A stretch of DNA of 62,802 nucleotides, filler included, from Octopus bimaculoides (GCF_001194135.2; 4 parts of 4 records of this genome joined end to end with filler, not necessarily neighbours in it); one strand, 5' to 3'. Shown: positions 25,095-38,576, counted from the first letter of the whole stretch. The notes: a model not told the origin generated them from the letters alone. A program made the numbers and translations.

Positions 25095-26284
25095 NNNNNN
25101 NNNNNNNNNNNNNNNNNNNNNNNNNNNNNNNNNNNNNNNNNNNNNNNNNNNNNNNNNNNNNNNNNNNNNNNNNNNTATATATATATATATATATGCATGT
25201 ATGTATTGCTCTCTTTGTACCATAATGCTCATTCTGTTTCTGCTACAATACACTTATTCTAAGAAATCTGTAGAGACATAAAGCGGTAAAAGTGTTCGTT
25301 GTATATCGCTTTTGTAAATATTTCTGTGATCCTTAGGGTGATGCTATTTGGCTTAAGAGAAAAACAAGTACATCTATTTATCTCCTTATCTATATATTTT
25401 CTTCGTTCGCTCCTCCCGCTCTGAGTGTGTGTGTGCGTTTGCGTGTCTGTCTGTGTGTGTGCGTGTGTGCGTGTGTGTGTATGTCAGGAGTTGCTTCGCA
25501 CTGAAAGCGTCTGGCTGCTATTTCATGAATATCTCTACTATTGTATATAGTCTAAAATAAGAAGGAGTAGAATATTTTACAGCTGTAACAGAGTAGCAGG
25601 AAGAGTTATTTTTACAGGCCAACGTGTTACATTCGCTGATGTATAGAGATAGAACGCTATCTAAAATGTGCTCCCTGCTCAGACAGAAAAATTTTCATCC
25701 GATAAAGTGTGTTTGAAGTTTAAAATTTCTGTAATGAGAAGTTTATTTCCAGGACCATGTGATTATCCCAGTGTCCAGCTTGAAGTAGGTTGGTTTTTCT
25801 GTGGCTGGTTTAAACAATTGCACTGCTGCCCACGCTCATCATCTCCATATGCCCGGATTTGAAATAGGATTTTCTTTCACGTGGAGGGTTTTATGACACC
25901 TCAGCCCAACCGGCCATGTTTGTGACTTCTCTGAAATGGTGATAACGAGAATTAGACTTGATATCACTCCGGTCATTCGCATCTCTGCTGCGTTAGTCAC
26001 GACCGAAGTTAAGTCCACCTTGACCCGTGTTCCGAGTGAATAACCAAATTGATGTGGTGTGGAGGTGCAACAATGGACTCAGACCAACCACCCCGCCACG
26101 CCTGGGACACAATGAGCACCCTAAACCGGAAGCTCGGAGAAAGGTGAAGAAGCGTTTAGTTATTTATTATGCAGAATAGGTAATTAACGGAAATTTTAAA
26201 ATTCTTCGATTGAATCCTAATAATTCTCATTATTGTCAGCTAACGGCACCAGGTTAATTTTCTAAAAGATTAGCATTTTCTTTA

Positions 26285-27715
26285 TACTAGTTTCAAACTT
26301 TGGCACAAGGCCAGAAATTTCTGAGGCAGAGGGTAAGTTGACCCTGGTGGTGGACTGGTACTATTTTATCGACCCCGGAAGGATGAAAGGCAATGTCAAA
26401 CTCAGAACGTAAAGTCAGACGAAATGTCGCTAAGTATTTTTTCCCGGCATACTAACGAATCTTCCAGCTCATCACCTTATTGAATCCTAACTGTTATTAT
26501 TGTCAGCCATTGAAGGCGTTCGGATAATTTTATAAAAGTTTGGCATTCACGTCATATTATTAAGATGGCAGAATAATGTGCAGTATTTACCATTCTTTAA
26601 AGAAACTTTCATTGATCTTCTATTAATAATGTTTGCTGAGATATGTGAGTATGTGAGTCTTATTTGAGTATGTGAGTCTTATTTGAGTATGAGTGTTATG
26701 CGAGTCTTATGTGAGTAGCTTGTATTTGTACATTGTTAACAGTTGCTTTTTTCACTTTGCTAGAACGAAAAGGATTAAGATATTTTCAGTTGTTGAAAGA
26801 GCCTAATGATATTGGGTTAATAAGACTTCCACAATTTTTACCGTTAGAAGACAAACGGTAAAATGATGTGGTACTTTGTTATGTTTCTTTAGGCTCTGAG
26901 TTTAAACTCTACCGACGTCGACTTTGACTTTCATCCCCTTATGGCTTATGAAATAAAATAGCAGTTAAATACTGGGATCAACTTAATCATTATGCCATCC
27001 TCGAGAAATGTAAGACCTTTGTGCCTAAGTCAGAGATCAATATCAAATTTATCTAAGGCGGAGATCTAGCAGAATCGTTAACACATCGGTCAAAATACTT
27101 AGCAGCATTACGTCCGTCTTTACGTTCTGAGTTCAAACACTGCCGAGGTGGACTTTGCTTTTCATCCTTTCGGGGTCAATAAAATAACTACGACTTGAAC
27201 ACTGGGGTCGATGCAATCAACTTATTCCCTCCCCCGAAATCGCTGGCCTTGTGTCAAAATTTGAAACCAATATTTGTTATCATTAAGGCGATGAGCTGGC
27301 AGAATCGTTAGCACGCCGGACAAAATGCTTAGCGGTATTTCGTCCGTCCTTACGTTCTTAGTTCAAGTTCCACCGAGATCAACTTTACCTTTCATCCATC
27401 GGGGTCGATAAAATAAGTACCAGTTGAGTATTGGGGGCGATGTAATCGACTTAACCCCTCCCTCGAAATTGCTGGTTCTGTGCAAAAATTTGGAGCCAAT
27501 ATTCTTTTCTACTCTAGGCACAAGGCCCAAAATTCTAGGGTAAGGGGCCAGTCAATTAGATCAACCTAAATACGCAACAGGTACTTAATTTATCCACCCC
27601 GAAAGGATGAAAGGTAAAGTCGACCTCGGCGGAATTTGAACTTAGAACGTAAAGACACGAAATACCGCTAAGCATTTCGCCCGGTGTGCTAACGTTTCTG
27701 CCAGCTCGTCGACTT
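26285..27715. mobile_element. SINE family C cluster, mixed orientation
   Basis: Copies ~26285-26478 (-), 26850-27045 (+, decayed), 27055-27270 (+), 27284-27503 (+), 27504-27715 (-). Confidence 0.85.
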
Positions 27716-28732
27716 GATGTGGTACCAATATTAAATGTATCTGATATCTTCGTAATTGATGTTTATGCCAGTTTTATTCTCTATATATGAATGTGAGTTT
27801 ATAGGAAATGTGTGGGTAGAAAGAAATTAGTTAAAAGAGACAGGACTAGAGTGTATAACATTCATTGTGAGATATATTTTAATGAGTATTATAGTACATC
27901 ATATACTTTATGTAGAGAATAATAATGTACTGATATACACAGTCTCTTTTGATGGAACTTGTGAAGGCTGCCAGCCCAGCATATAAACTGATTGCAAATA
28001 ATTTTGTTGAAGATAAGATAGAAGACGTGAAAGAAAACGATAAGGTAAATGTTAGGAGTCGAAAGAGAAGAGAGGAAGGTGTTAAAAAAATTAATATGAC
28101 TTCAGATAAAAGAAGTGAAGATGAAAAGTAAAAGAAAGTAGAAGTGGGAGGAAATTAGGGGTAATATTTTATACTTGGTGCATGAAAAAACTCCATGCCC
28201 CGCAGCGTGTTAACTCATGTGGATGATACGATGCAAAAGTAGCTTGAAATCGTAAATATATATTAACAAACAAATCTATAAGCAAATTAAAGAGGAAAAG
28301 TAGGTAATAATGTTGCTGGAAGGAATGTTAATTAAAGAGGAACTGAAGAGATAACCCTACGTGATACAGATGTTGTTTTCTGTTATCGTTGTTGTTGGTG
28401 TACAGACCCTAATCGGCTCTGATTGAGCAGACCTGTGATCAAAGACACTCCAATCGTAGCCATCTCATCTTTTTTTTTTTTTTTGGCATAAGATACACCG
28501 AGTTACATGATAAAATATGTCTGCTCTTTTCAAAAGCGCAAGAGTGTGAGTTGAGGGGGATTTTACAATTATTTCTAGGATGTCGAACGATATTAAGAAA
28601 CTCCTTCGTTGGCTTTCAACAAAGCGCTTTTGGTGGGTGGGGTAATTTTCAAATTTTAACGTTTTTGTTTTTTTTTAATTAAAATTTTCTTTACTTATGA
28701 ATATTGATAATACGGATTATGGTGAAGACGTA

Positions 28733-29220
28733 CCGTAAATCCTCGAGTACAATCCGCCCTTGAGTATAATACGCAGGGGATTTTTAGGGGGCTGTACGTC
28801 TGAAAAACCTAAACCTTGTGTATAATACGCACCCCATCTCTAACTTGAGTCAAGGAGGTCTATATAACGTCCTTGGTTTGTAAACATATATACGGTAACG
28901 TCCTTTATTATTGTTGTATATATAAAATAATGCAAATGTGTAGCTTTTTTGTGCACTTCGTTTGTAGAAAATAAAGAAATAACAGTAATAACGTCAGTGA
29001 AAAATAAATATTAAGTAAATTGCATTTACATATTTATCACTATCAGTTACAAGCCCGACATCACAAAATGCGTCTGAATAAACATTGCCGGACAGCAAAT
29101 AGAGACTCGGACATTGCTTAGAAAATATTTTTCATTTTTAACCTCGTATATAGTACGCACAAAGGATTTTGACCTTTAAATTTTGGGAAAAAAATGTGGA
29201 TTATACTCGAGGATTTACGG
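28733..29220. mobile_element. Tc2/pogo-type MITE, 488 bp
   Basis: 23-bp TIRs CCGTAAATCCTCGAGTA(C/T)AATCC (1 mismatch) with TA on both sides (28731-28732, 29221-29222); non-coding. Confidence 0.9.
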
Positions 29221-29614
29221 TATATTGTTGCACATGAAGTCCAGCCATATATTTGTGTTTTCCGTAGTAAATAAACAATGAAATCTAACACTTCTTCAAA
29301 ACATTGTTTGTATATTTAGAAACACAACATCGCCATTAGTGCCGTGTTACTACTTCGTAAATCTAAAAGGTTAATGAAAAAGGCAAGGAATTGTCCAATG
29401 TTAAACATTTATAAATTGGACACGAGGATATAAATAGTATTCATAATAGTTTTGGAGATGTATTTTTCTGGCAAGTGATTTGGTTTGATTGAGAGTGTTC
29501 TGAAACGAAAAATTAAAGCGTAGAAAACACATATTAGCCATTTAAAAACGTACAATGGCGGTTCACTTCACTTGAACATTTATTATTTTCTTCTTCGTTT
29601 TCTTTTATTGCTTC

Positions 29615-30305
29615 AGTCATTGGATTGTTGCTATGCTGGATGGTGTACTGGCTTGAAGAATTTTAGTCGAACTAATCGACCCCAGAACTTTTCTTATTTA
29701 AGCCTGGTAATAATTCCAGCAGTCTCTTATGCCAAACCTCTAAGTTATAAGGATGTAAACGCACCAATAGATGTAAACGCACCAATACCGGTAGTCAAGC
29801 GATGGTGGGGAACAAATACAGACACAATGACACGCACACATACACACACGGACGTACGCGCATACATACACACACGCACACACACATATACACACGTGCG
29901 TATATATATATANNNNNNNNNNNNNNNNNNNNNNNNNNNNNNNNNNNNNNNNNNNNNNNNNNNNNNNNNNNNNNNNNNNNNNNNNNNNNNNNNNNNNNNN
30001 NNNNNNNNNNNNNNNNNNNNNNNNNNNNNNNNNNNNNNNNNNNNNNNNNNNNNNNNNNNNNNNNNNNNNNNNNNNNNNNNNNNNNNNNNNNNNNNNNNNN
30101 NNNNNNNNNNNNNNNNNNNNNNNNNNNNNNNNNNNNNNNNNNNNNNNNNNNNNNNNNNNNNNNNNNNNNNNNNNNNNNNNNNNNGTATATATATATACGA
30201 CGGGCTTCTTTCAGTTTCCGTGCACCGAATCCACTCACATGCCTTTGGTCGGTCCGAGGCGATAGTAGAAGACACTTGCTCAAGGTGCCACGCAATGGGT
30301 TTGAA
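29615..30305 (-). mobile_element. SINE family B copy
   Basis: Reverse complement; the internal CA/TA tract contains an N gap. Confidence 0.8.
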
Positions 30306-31354
30306 CCCGGAGCGATTGTTGTGTCTATTTAGCGTCGAAATTTTCGTCGTCGCACCACCTACGACCTTGTCAATCTTGGATAATTCTAACATCACTGAAG
30401 ACTACCTCTCAACACATGGCCAGATTGGAGCAATTTCGAGAATAACCAGCCGAAATTGCAAGGATAAGCTGGAAAGAAAACTCCGAATAACCTGTCCTTG
30501 TTTTCTTTGTTTCGTCTATCTGTATGTTTTGTCCCTTTCTTGTATCACCTAACTGTCTGGATGTTTTGCGTTCTTGTCCCATTCTGTATTATATATATAT
30601 CCCGATTACAAGAAGATCAAATTGACTAATGTTGATGTATGTAGAAGGGCCTTGATGGATAAGAATTGTTAACATAGTTCACAAAGAAAGATTCCTTGCT
30701 CAATTACAATTACAATTACAGTCTCGCAATATATAAATATCCAGGTATAAGATAGTTAATGACGGATGAAGATAAAATCGACCGAAATCGTAGTTTAGAT
30801 GTAAATATTAAAAAGAATTTCATCTGTACAGATAACAGTAGTAATCTGAAATATTATAATTTGATCTAAAAGTAACTAATCCCCGAGATTTAGATATGTA
30901 CAGCTGTAATTTCTTCGAAATCATAACCAACTGCTACATCAAAATAAATAAGTTGTTAGAAGTATTAAATTTATTCATAAATCTGTATAAAGAAAACAAG
31001 TTCTTACCATTAAAATATAATTGTTCCTAGCGGTGAAATTCAAACCCGTTTCATGCCATGAAAATGTTATTCAATATTTCTGTCATATCTACTAATGTTT
31101 GTCTAAGTCAGCCATTTTCTCAGCAGAATGTCTATTTATACGAAATAATTTGCTAAACAATTATTGTATGCGGCAAACTTTCTTTAGTTCTTAAGCATTC
31201 TGCTTTATTACTAATTATAACATTGTTGTTAAAAAGAATTTCTATTTCAGTTTTGTCAAAACAATAAAGCCCATTCTTTTCTTCGGCGAAAAATCGACCC
31301 GTCAATTCTGTTGCGTAATTTTCCTTAGTTTTACATGTGTGTGTGTATGTATGT

Positions 31355-31424
<70 letters not shown>

Positions 31425-32399
31425 GTATGTATGTGTGTATGTATATATGTATGTATGTATATATATATGCATATACATATTTATATATATNNNNNNNNNN
31501 NNNNNNNNNNNNNNNNNNNNNNNNNNNNNNNNNNNNNNNNNNNNNNNNNNNNNNNNNNNNNNNNNNNNNNNNNNNNNNNNNNNNNNNNNNNNNNNNNNNN
31601 NNNNNNNNNNNNNNNNNNNNNNNNNNNNNNNNNNNNNNNNNNNNNNNNNNNNNNNNNNNNNNNNNNNNNNNNNNNNNNNNNNNNNNNNNNACACACACAC
31701 ACACACATATATATATACACGCGCACACACACATACATACATACTGCAGCTGTTTATGTTTTCACACATTTATCTCATGGAATCTTACCCATTATTCTCT
31801 CCTGTCAGAATTTTAGAATAATAAAATGTGATATTTTCGATGCGAGCAAATGAAATTTGAGATAACTGTTGAATATGTTGATAGTATTTTACCGAAATAA
31901 TTTTATCTATTTAATATTGATTCATTTACAATATGCAAGCGTTCTCTCTCTGTAGCTTAACCTGAACGGTATTTGGGGAAGAATGTGTAACGATGTGCTA
32001 TTTATGTGCATTTAATTTCTCAATTACTGTATTCATTAGTCCATTCAAACATACAGTTCATTATATTTACATACACATCATAGCTTCCACCCACATTAAA
32101 ATGTGATGTAGTTGTAAGAGGATCTCAACATATTAAATTATTGTATTGCTGTTTTTACACCTTATGCCTAACATTACACCTTCTTTAAGAAGTGCAATTG
32201 AAAGTAATACAACACCTGAGTATTTCTATGTCTCAGAGGAAATAGTAATTAACATTTATATAATATTTATGATTAAGAATGTTGTAGTGTATCATTAAAT
32301 ATGATTTAACCGAAACAGAACTACAATAGAGAATCTGACGAAATATTTTCCAGTACAGTTGGCCTTTGCTCTATAGCCACTATCTGCATACTTATAGAA

Positions 32400-32720
32400 T
32401 TGTTGGCACTCCGTCGCTTACGACGACGAGGGTTCCAGTTGATCCGATCAACGGAACAGCCTGCTCGTGAAATTAACGTGCAAGTGGCTGAGCACTCCAC
32501 ACACACGTGTACCCTTAACGTAGTTCTCGGGGGATATTCAGCGTGACACAGAGTGTGACAAGGCTGGCCCTTTGAATTACAGGCACAACAAAAACAGGAA
32601 GAAAGAGTGAGAGAAAGTTGTGGTGAAAGAGTACAGCAGGGTTCGCCACCGTCCCCTGCCGGAGCCTCGTGGAGCTTTAGATGTTTTCGCTCGATAAACA
32701 CTCACAACGCCCGGTCTGGG
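32400..32720 (-). mobile_element. SINE family A copy
   Basis: Reverse complement of ~10610-10918; head lost in a gap. Confidence 0.88.
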
Positions 32721-33425
32721 NNNNNNNNNNNNNNNNNNNNNNNNNNNNNNNNNNNNNNNNNNNNNNNNNNNNNNNNNNNNNNNNNNNNNNNNNNNNNNNN
32801 NNNNNNNNNNNNNNNNNNNNNNNNNNNNNNNNNNNNNNNNNNNNNNNNNNNNNNNNNNNNNNNNNNNNNNNNNNNNNNNNNNNNNNNNNNNNNNNNNNNN
32901 NNNNNNNNNNNNNNNNNNNNNNNNNNNNNNNNNNNNNNNNNNNNNNNNNNNNNNNNNNNNNNNNNNNNNNNNNNNNNNNNNNNNNNNNNNNNNNNNNNNN
33001 NNNNNNNNNNNNNNNNNNNNNNNNNNNNNNNNNNNNNNNNNNNNNNNNNNNNNNNNNNNNNNNNNNNNNNNNNNNNNNNNNNNNNNNNNNNNNNNNNNNN
33101 NNNNNNNNNNNNNNNNNNNNNNNNNNNNNNNNNNNNNNNNNNNNNNNNNNNNNNNNNNNNNNNNNNNNNNNNNNNNNNNNNNNNNNNNNNNNNNNNNNNN
33201 NNNNNNNNNNNNNNNNNNNNNNNNNNNNNNNNNNNNNNNNNNNNNNNNNNNNNNNNNNNNATATATATATATATATATAAATGCACAGCACATATGCTTG
33301 TATGTATATCTCTCCGTCTATACATAACAGCAAAACCAGGAATGCTTACAAGTCTTTTTTAATGTTCCTACAATTGAGATTTGCAAATGTGATTTATTTG
33401 ATTTTATCAACTACAGTATTTCTTT

Positions 33426-33684
33426 CTAACACATAAGAAAAGCAGCTGCATGGTCACACGATCTGCTATACACAGCAACCGAATCTCCTTTATCTTCTCC
33501 AGTTGCCCTAAAAGAATGAGGAAGACACAACATTGATGTAGTCCGAGATAATTCTAAAAATATGGGATAGTCACGGATGTACTTTAACTTTCTTAGGTTT
33601 TCCTTTCCAAACAACCCTCCGCGGAGATCCTGAAGATAGTTCTTAAATTCTTGATAAAGATCCATTGCTCTAGATATACCTTCC
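33426..33684 (-). pseudogene. Orphan exon-like ORF, possibly a transposon-associated SWIM-domain fragment
   Basis: Strong acceptor TTCTGTCTCCTCACAG|G at 33684; open frame EGISRAMDLYQEFKNYLQDLRGGLFGKENLRKLKY..SRSCDHAAAFLMC*. Confidence 0.3.
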
Positions 33685-34889
33685 CTGTGAGGAGACAGAA
33701 CTATATAAATAGTCATTGCTATTTTAGTTTTTACATTCTAAACACTGGCTGCGATGAATCGATTCTAAACCAGGTATTAAACATCGTACAGGGGAGATAA
33801 TTAAATATTTGCCAACCTAGAAAGGTTCAAGGAGTAAGCTGGCTTCATTTAACCTTACCTCTCTATTCATTTTTGCCGTAAATACTAAACTGAACAGCCT
33901 GCGAAGATGATTGTACGCTAGAAATATCAGCCAAATCTTTCTCAAATTGCACTCAACAATTTTTTTGATGGACACACTGGATATTGTAGTTTCTATATAC
34001 TGTGACTAAGAAGATGAGTCAGTAAAAGGCTATAGTGCTTTGGCCGTTAATCTGTTCAGTCGGAATTAACTGAGACTAAACAACAACAATGATTAGACTG
34101 AAGAAGCTCATCAACCTATTGTTTATCCAAAGCATTTTCATAAGTTTGTCTTAAATATCTATGCTTGTTTTCAGACTTCTAGTTAGCACTTGATTCATGC
34201 GTTCTGGGAAATATAAAGCTTTCCTTTTATAAGTCCCAAGTCACTATAACTGAGAATACTCCAAGGATGCCATGGAAACATGTCCGGTATACCATATATG
34301 AAACACAGGCAAGCAAAAGGTTAACAGCTGCAGAAACATTTCAGTTACAATGTACAAAGCAGCTACCGGGTACACTGTAACGGTAATAATGCTGAAACAG
34401 AGTGATATTGTGATGAACAATATCGAATCTATTTCATATTAACAAGGAAGTGAAACATCCTGTAACTACGTCAAGAACTCGAAGAATATCTAACAAAATA
34501 AATTAGTTGAAACGCGATATTTATAACAAAAATAAACTGCGGTTATCTAAGTTTAATTCTGTTCAGGTCGGTCTATATTAATATTTGTTGAAGAGGAAAT
34601 AATACAGACGCCAATATAAGCCAATATAGAAAAGGTAATCGAGTGTGAGTTTCAAACGTTTCAGACCGAAGTGTGTTTTGGTATTAAAAAATAGATAAGA
34701 ATGAGGAAAGGATAGAATATTTGCGAATTCATATGCAAATCTGAGATATGAAATTGGGGTCAAGTTTGTGCAAAATTATACTGGGAAAATTATAAACGGA
34801 ATGATTTCTAGGAAGTTCCGTAAATGAATGCCTATTTAATGTGTATAATGTATTCATTTCGACTATTCAGGTTGATTTGTGCACTCCTG

Positions 34890-35780
34890 GCCCTCAGACA
34901 GTATGATGTAGGTCACTTTTCTATCCAAACTGAACTACATTATGGTAATGAGTCTCCCCCACCGCATACAGACGCGACACTCCTGCGGCCCAATTAGGGT
35001 AGAATGCCCGTCGAAGTCTCCATCCTTTGTAGCAATGGCTCCAGTATCAAAATATACAGAAGAAGGCGTATCCTTTACGATTATGCCGATATCAGTTCTC
35101 AACTGGTATTTATTTTATCGATTACCAGAGAAAATAAGGTAAAACCGATCTTGGCATGATCCCAGAGCATAAAGGAGACATCTTGTTTAACACTCTACAG
35201 ATTATGTCGCTCCTGTCCGTTCCAATTAGAAAAACAAAAACAACAACGACAACACTTAAAATTCTTTCAACATTTAGCACAAGGCCAGTCATTTTAAGAA
35301 AAAACATTTGTCCATTACATCGACCCAAATACTTTAGTACTTTATTTTATCGAACCCAGAAGAATAAAAGGTGAAGTCGACCTCAGCAGAATTTGAACAC
35401 AACGTAAAGAGCCAAATGAAAAACCACTAAGCATTTCGACTGGTGTGTTAACGATTTGAACAACAACAGCTGTCCAAGATTTTGACAAATGTCTATCCAC
35501 AGCCTCTTTCGTTTTCTCTCAATCTGTTTATTTGTCAATTTTCAATTATACAGGTTTCGACAGCATGTGTACGATACACTACTGTCCTCAGAATTTTGTT
35601 TTCTTTAGTCTCTTTTGGAGGACACAATTTGTATGAGTCTCCCTCAACTTCTATCAAATTCCTGCTTCTGGTCACCTCCTCCATATCCAACTTGATTAAC
35701 TTGGTTTCTAGCGGCACTGGCTTCCTCACCGCAGTGGCCTTGGCGTAGCTCTCCATACTGGAGACACTACCACTTGCCAT
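34890..35780 (-). pseudogene. Probable retroelement ORF1/gag-like remnant broken by SINE insertions
   Basis: MASGSVSSMESYAKATAVRKPVPLETKLIKLD..KENKILRTVVYRT; protein-like sequence continues past the stop (QI.QIERK); a decayed GRR..C.G..H knuckle-like segment lies near 34950-34990. Assignment is inference. Confidence 0.4.
35270..35460 (-). mobile_element. SINE family C copy
   Basis: GTCGACCTCAGCAGAATTTGAAC and neighbouring motifs. Confidence 0.7.
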
Positions 35781-37188
35781 AGCTGGGGAAAAATGCAGCA
35801 GCTCACGAGATCGATGAAATAAGTACCAGTGAAACATTGGGGTCGATATAATCGACTAGTCCCCTCCCTACAAATGTGAGGCCTTGTGCTTCTAGTACAA
35901 AGGATTATTACTTCTAATTCTTTATGGTTTGAAGTAACTTATACAGACGTGGTAGATCCAAACACAAACTTCAGTGAGATTCTTTATATTCTTTGATTAC
36001 GAAAACGTACCTATTTTTCACCGCTCATATTTCCATTAGCCTTCCTGGGTTAGCCTGCCTTCTTAATTTTTTTCTTCCCTACTACTGTAACTATTACATC
36101 TGCTGCCGTTGCTGCTACTCTTACAACTACTGTTTCTTTGGCTGCTGCTGATGGTGATCCTCATCATCATCATCATCATCATCGCTATCATGATAAAGTT
36201 ACAATTGTTGCCGCTACTGTTCTTAGTGGTTTCCTTTCTCTGTTTTCTCTCAATCTTCTTTTTCCACTTCTTTCTTTCTCGCATATTTCCACACCTATAA
36301 ACATACGTGAAATATGTTCTAACTTCCTTTTTATTCCCGCAGCTGGCTTTTCTCAAAGAATTTTCTTTGCAGATTTACATACATAGCTGAGTTCTTGAGA
36401 TATCCACCTGTGTCCCACCTTCAGTTTCTGTCCGAGATATTTTTATCTTTAACAGTCGAACCCGTTACATTAAAACTGTTTTGTTTCAACCCACTCAATT
36501 TATCATCTATTTTTCTTCTGTCGTGCCACGAATGTTCGCATTCTATATACACCAAGGCAACATTCCAAGGTGTGGGTTTTTAAGTAGATTATTGCTAAAA
36601 CATTATTTATGTATTCAGTTTGAAAAATTGCTCTATCGCCGATTTCTAAATATACTGTTTTTATAAACAATTAGGAAAAATATATAAATATATTGCTAAA
36701 AACCTTCATAGACATACAGTACAGAGTTTCTCATAATGATCGATCTGGTGGCCATAGTTATATATTACACGTTTTCTTTAGTAAATGTGTTTGTTCTATT
36801 CCTAGTTACTTGCGTTTAAATTCGCAAGTAACTAGGACTGAATCAAGATAGACATTCTGTCCTCTCCATTCTGTTTCTTTTTTTTTTTTTTTCTTTCGTC
36901 TATATACAACTAGTTCAATATCATAGCTGATCTGCACCGTCACTGAACTAGAAACCTCGACATGCTCGTTCAATCTGCAAGAAATAGCAGACGAATCTTC
37001 TAAAATCTCCATGCCCTGAGGATAACATAGTCCTAAGTGTCTCTATAGAAGCCGAACGTGGTTGGAATGTTTCTAATCAAAGGTAAGCTTTATCAAAGCT
37101 TATCCGGAGCTAAACAACCGCAACAACAGCAACAACAACAAGAGTAATAATCACCATCCTCACTGTCCATTTTCAACGTAGTGTGGTT

Positions 37189-37474
37189 CAGTGCTACTCA
37201 ATGTGGTGGTTCGCGGGTCAGTGCCGGTCCGCGAGCCATCAGCTGCCGGTACTCGGCGAGTTTCCAGAAAGAAGCTTTATAAAATGCTTATATAATATTG
37301 TATTATTTGTTTACAAAATAAATATAAGATTTTAAAAATTGTCAACTTTTATTATATTCATTATATATATTGTTTCCGGTATAAATTAATATTACTAAGA
37401 AATATTACCGGTCCCTGGCACATTAGAAAAAAAAAACTGCCAGTACGCCTCATCAGATAATTTTAGAAGCACTG
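37189..37474. mobile_element. hAT/Charlie-type MITE
   Basis: CAGTGCTACTCAA ... TTAGAAGCACTG termini; decayed 8-bp flanks GTGTGGTT / GTGTAATC. Confidence 0.7.
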
Positions 37475-38504
37475 GTGTAATCTGTTACACTCGTGTGTTA
37501 ACTGCAATATGATGTCAGTCAATATATGACGACACAATTGAACTAAAAAGTCTAACTACAGAAAGTGTGAGCCAGCAGGTCACAGTAGACTGGAAAGGTG
37601 CACCAACGCCACGATGTAAACTAGATTTGTGCCAAATGCAACTACTTTTAGAAGTTTCTTGGACATTCTCCGACGAACAAATTATACACATGTTAGAAAT
37701 TATTTTTGAAAATTAGTTTTATCTTTATGCCGTTGTTTTTATACGATAAATCTTATCACAGAAGTTTCAGTTATCTTTTATTTCATTTCTTTTTTCGAGA
37801 TTTATGTAAATAGTTCGTTTTTAAATTGCATACTGCTTATCATTCTTCTTCTCTTCCTTCTTCCTCGTCTTTTCAATGTTTTTATTCCGTTCTCTTTCTT
37901 TCTTTTTTCCTTTTCTCCGCCTTTCTTTTCTCTCTAATAGCATTTTTTTTCTTCTCTCCTCCGTTTTCTCCTCAAATACTTAAAAAGTTTCTTATACCTC
38001 TCGTTGTTATGTTCCAGGAGTATATTTGAAGACTTCCATATTAAATATAAGTCGCCTAGGCGTGTCTTGAAATGCTTTACTAAAAATAGACGCGAGAATC
38101 AAGCTTACAAGCATTTATCTCTATTACTCTCTCCCACTCGCGATTCCTCATTAGAAACCGGCGGCTTCAAAAGACTGTTTTCCATTTTCTCCGGGAATGT
38201 TCGTTAAGTAACATAACAGTATAGTCGATTGGCTCCAAGGCATGGATTAATTACCGTTTGCGTTTTATTCAAACAATATCCTCTAATTACCAAATAAAAT
38301 GATAAACAAATAAATAAATAATCATATTTAAACATTAAAGCATTGGCGGCAATATGGTTTGCCTTTGATTTTTCGCAGAATGAGCTTTTATTTATTTATT
38401 TTATGTTTTTATTGTATTATTTGTGACATATAAGAAGACATCAAAGTAAAAGATAACATTTGTTTTATTTATTCGTAAGTATATGTGCGTGTGCGTGCGT
38501 GAAT

Positions 38505-38576
<72 letters not shown>
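38505..38576. repeat. (AGAT)n microsatellite
   Basis: Direct reading. Many further (TA)n, (CA)n, (AG)n and (TATG)n tracts flank most N gaps. Confidence 0.95.

Noticed and set aside
26640-26720. ~19-bp repeats (GAGTATGTGAGTCTTATTT) considered as CRISPR-like
   Set aside because: Tandem minisatellite without spacers in a eukaryotic context; no cas genes.
33430-33560. KGDSVAVYS resembles the AMP-binding enzyme KGD.VA motif
   Set aside because: Stop follows with no good donor, and no other exons of such an enzyme are in the window.
33590-33684. YLQDLR..LFGK resembles egg-laying hormone (YLADLRQRLLEK)
   Set aside because: Short match; no signal peptide or dibasic/amidation sites.
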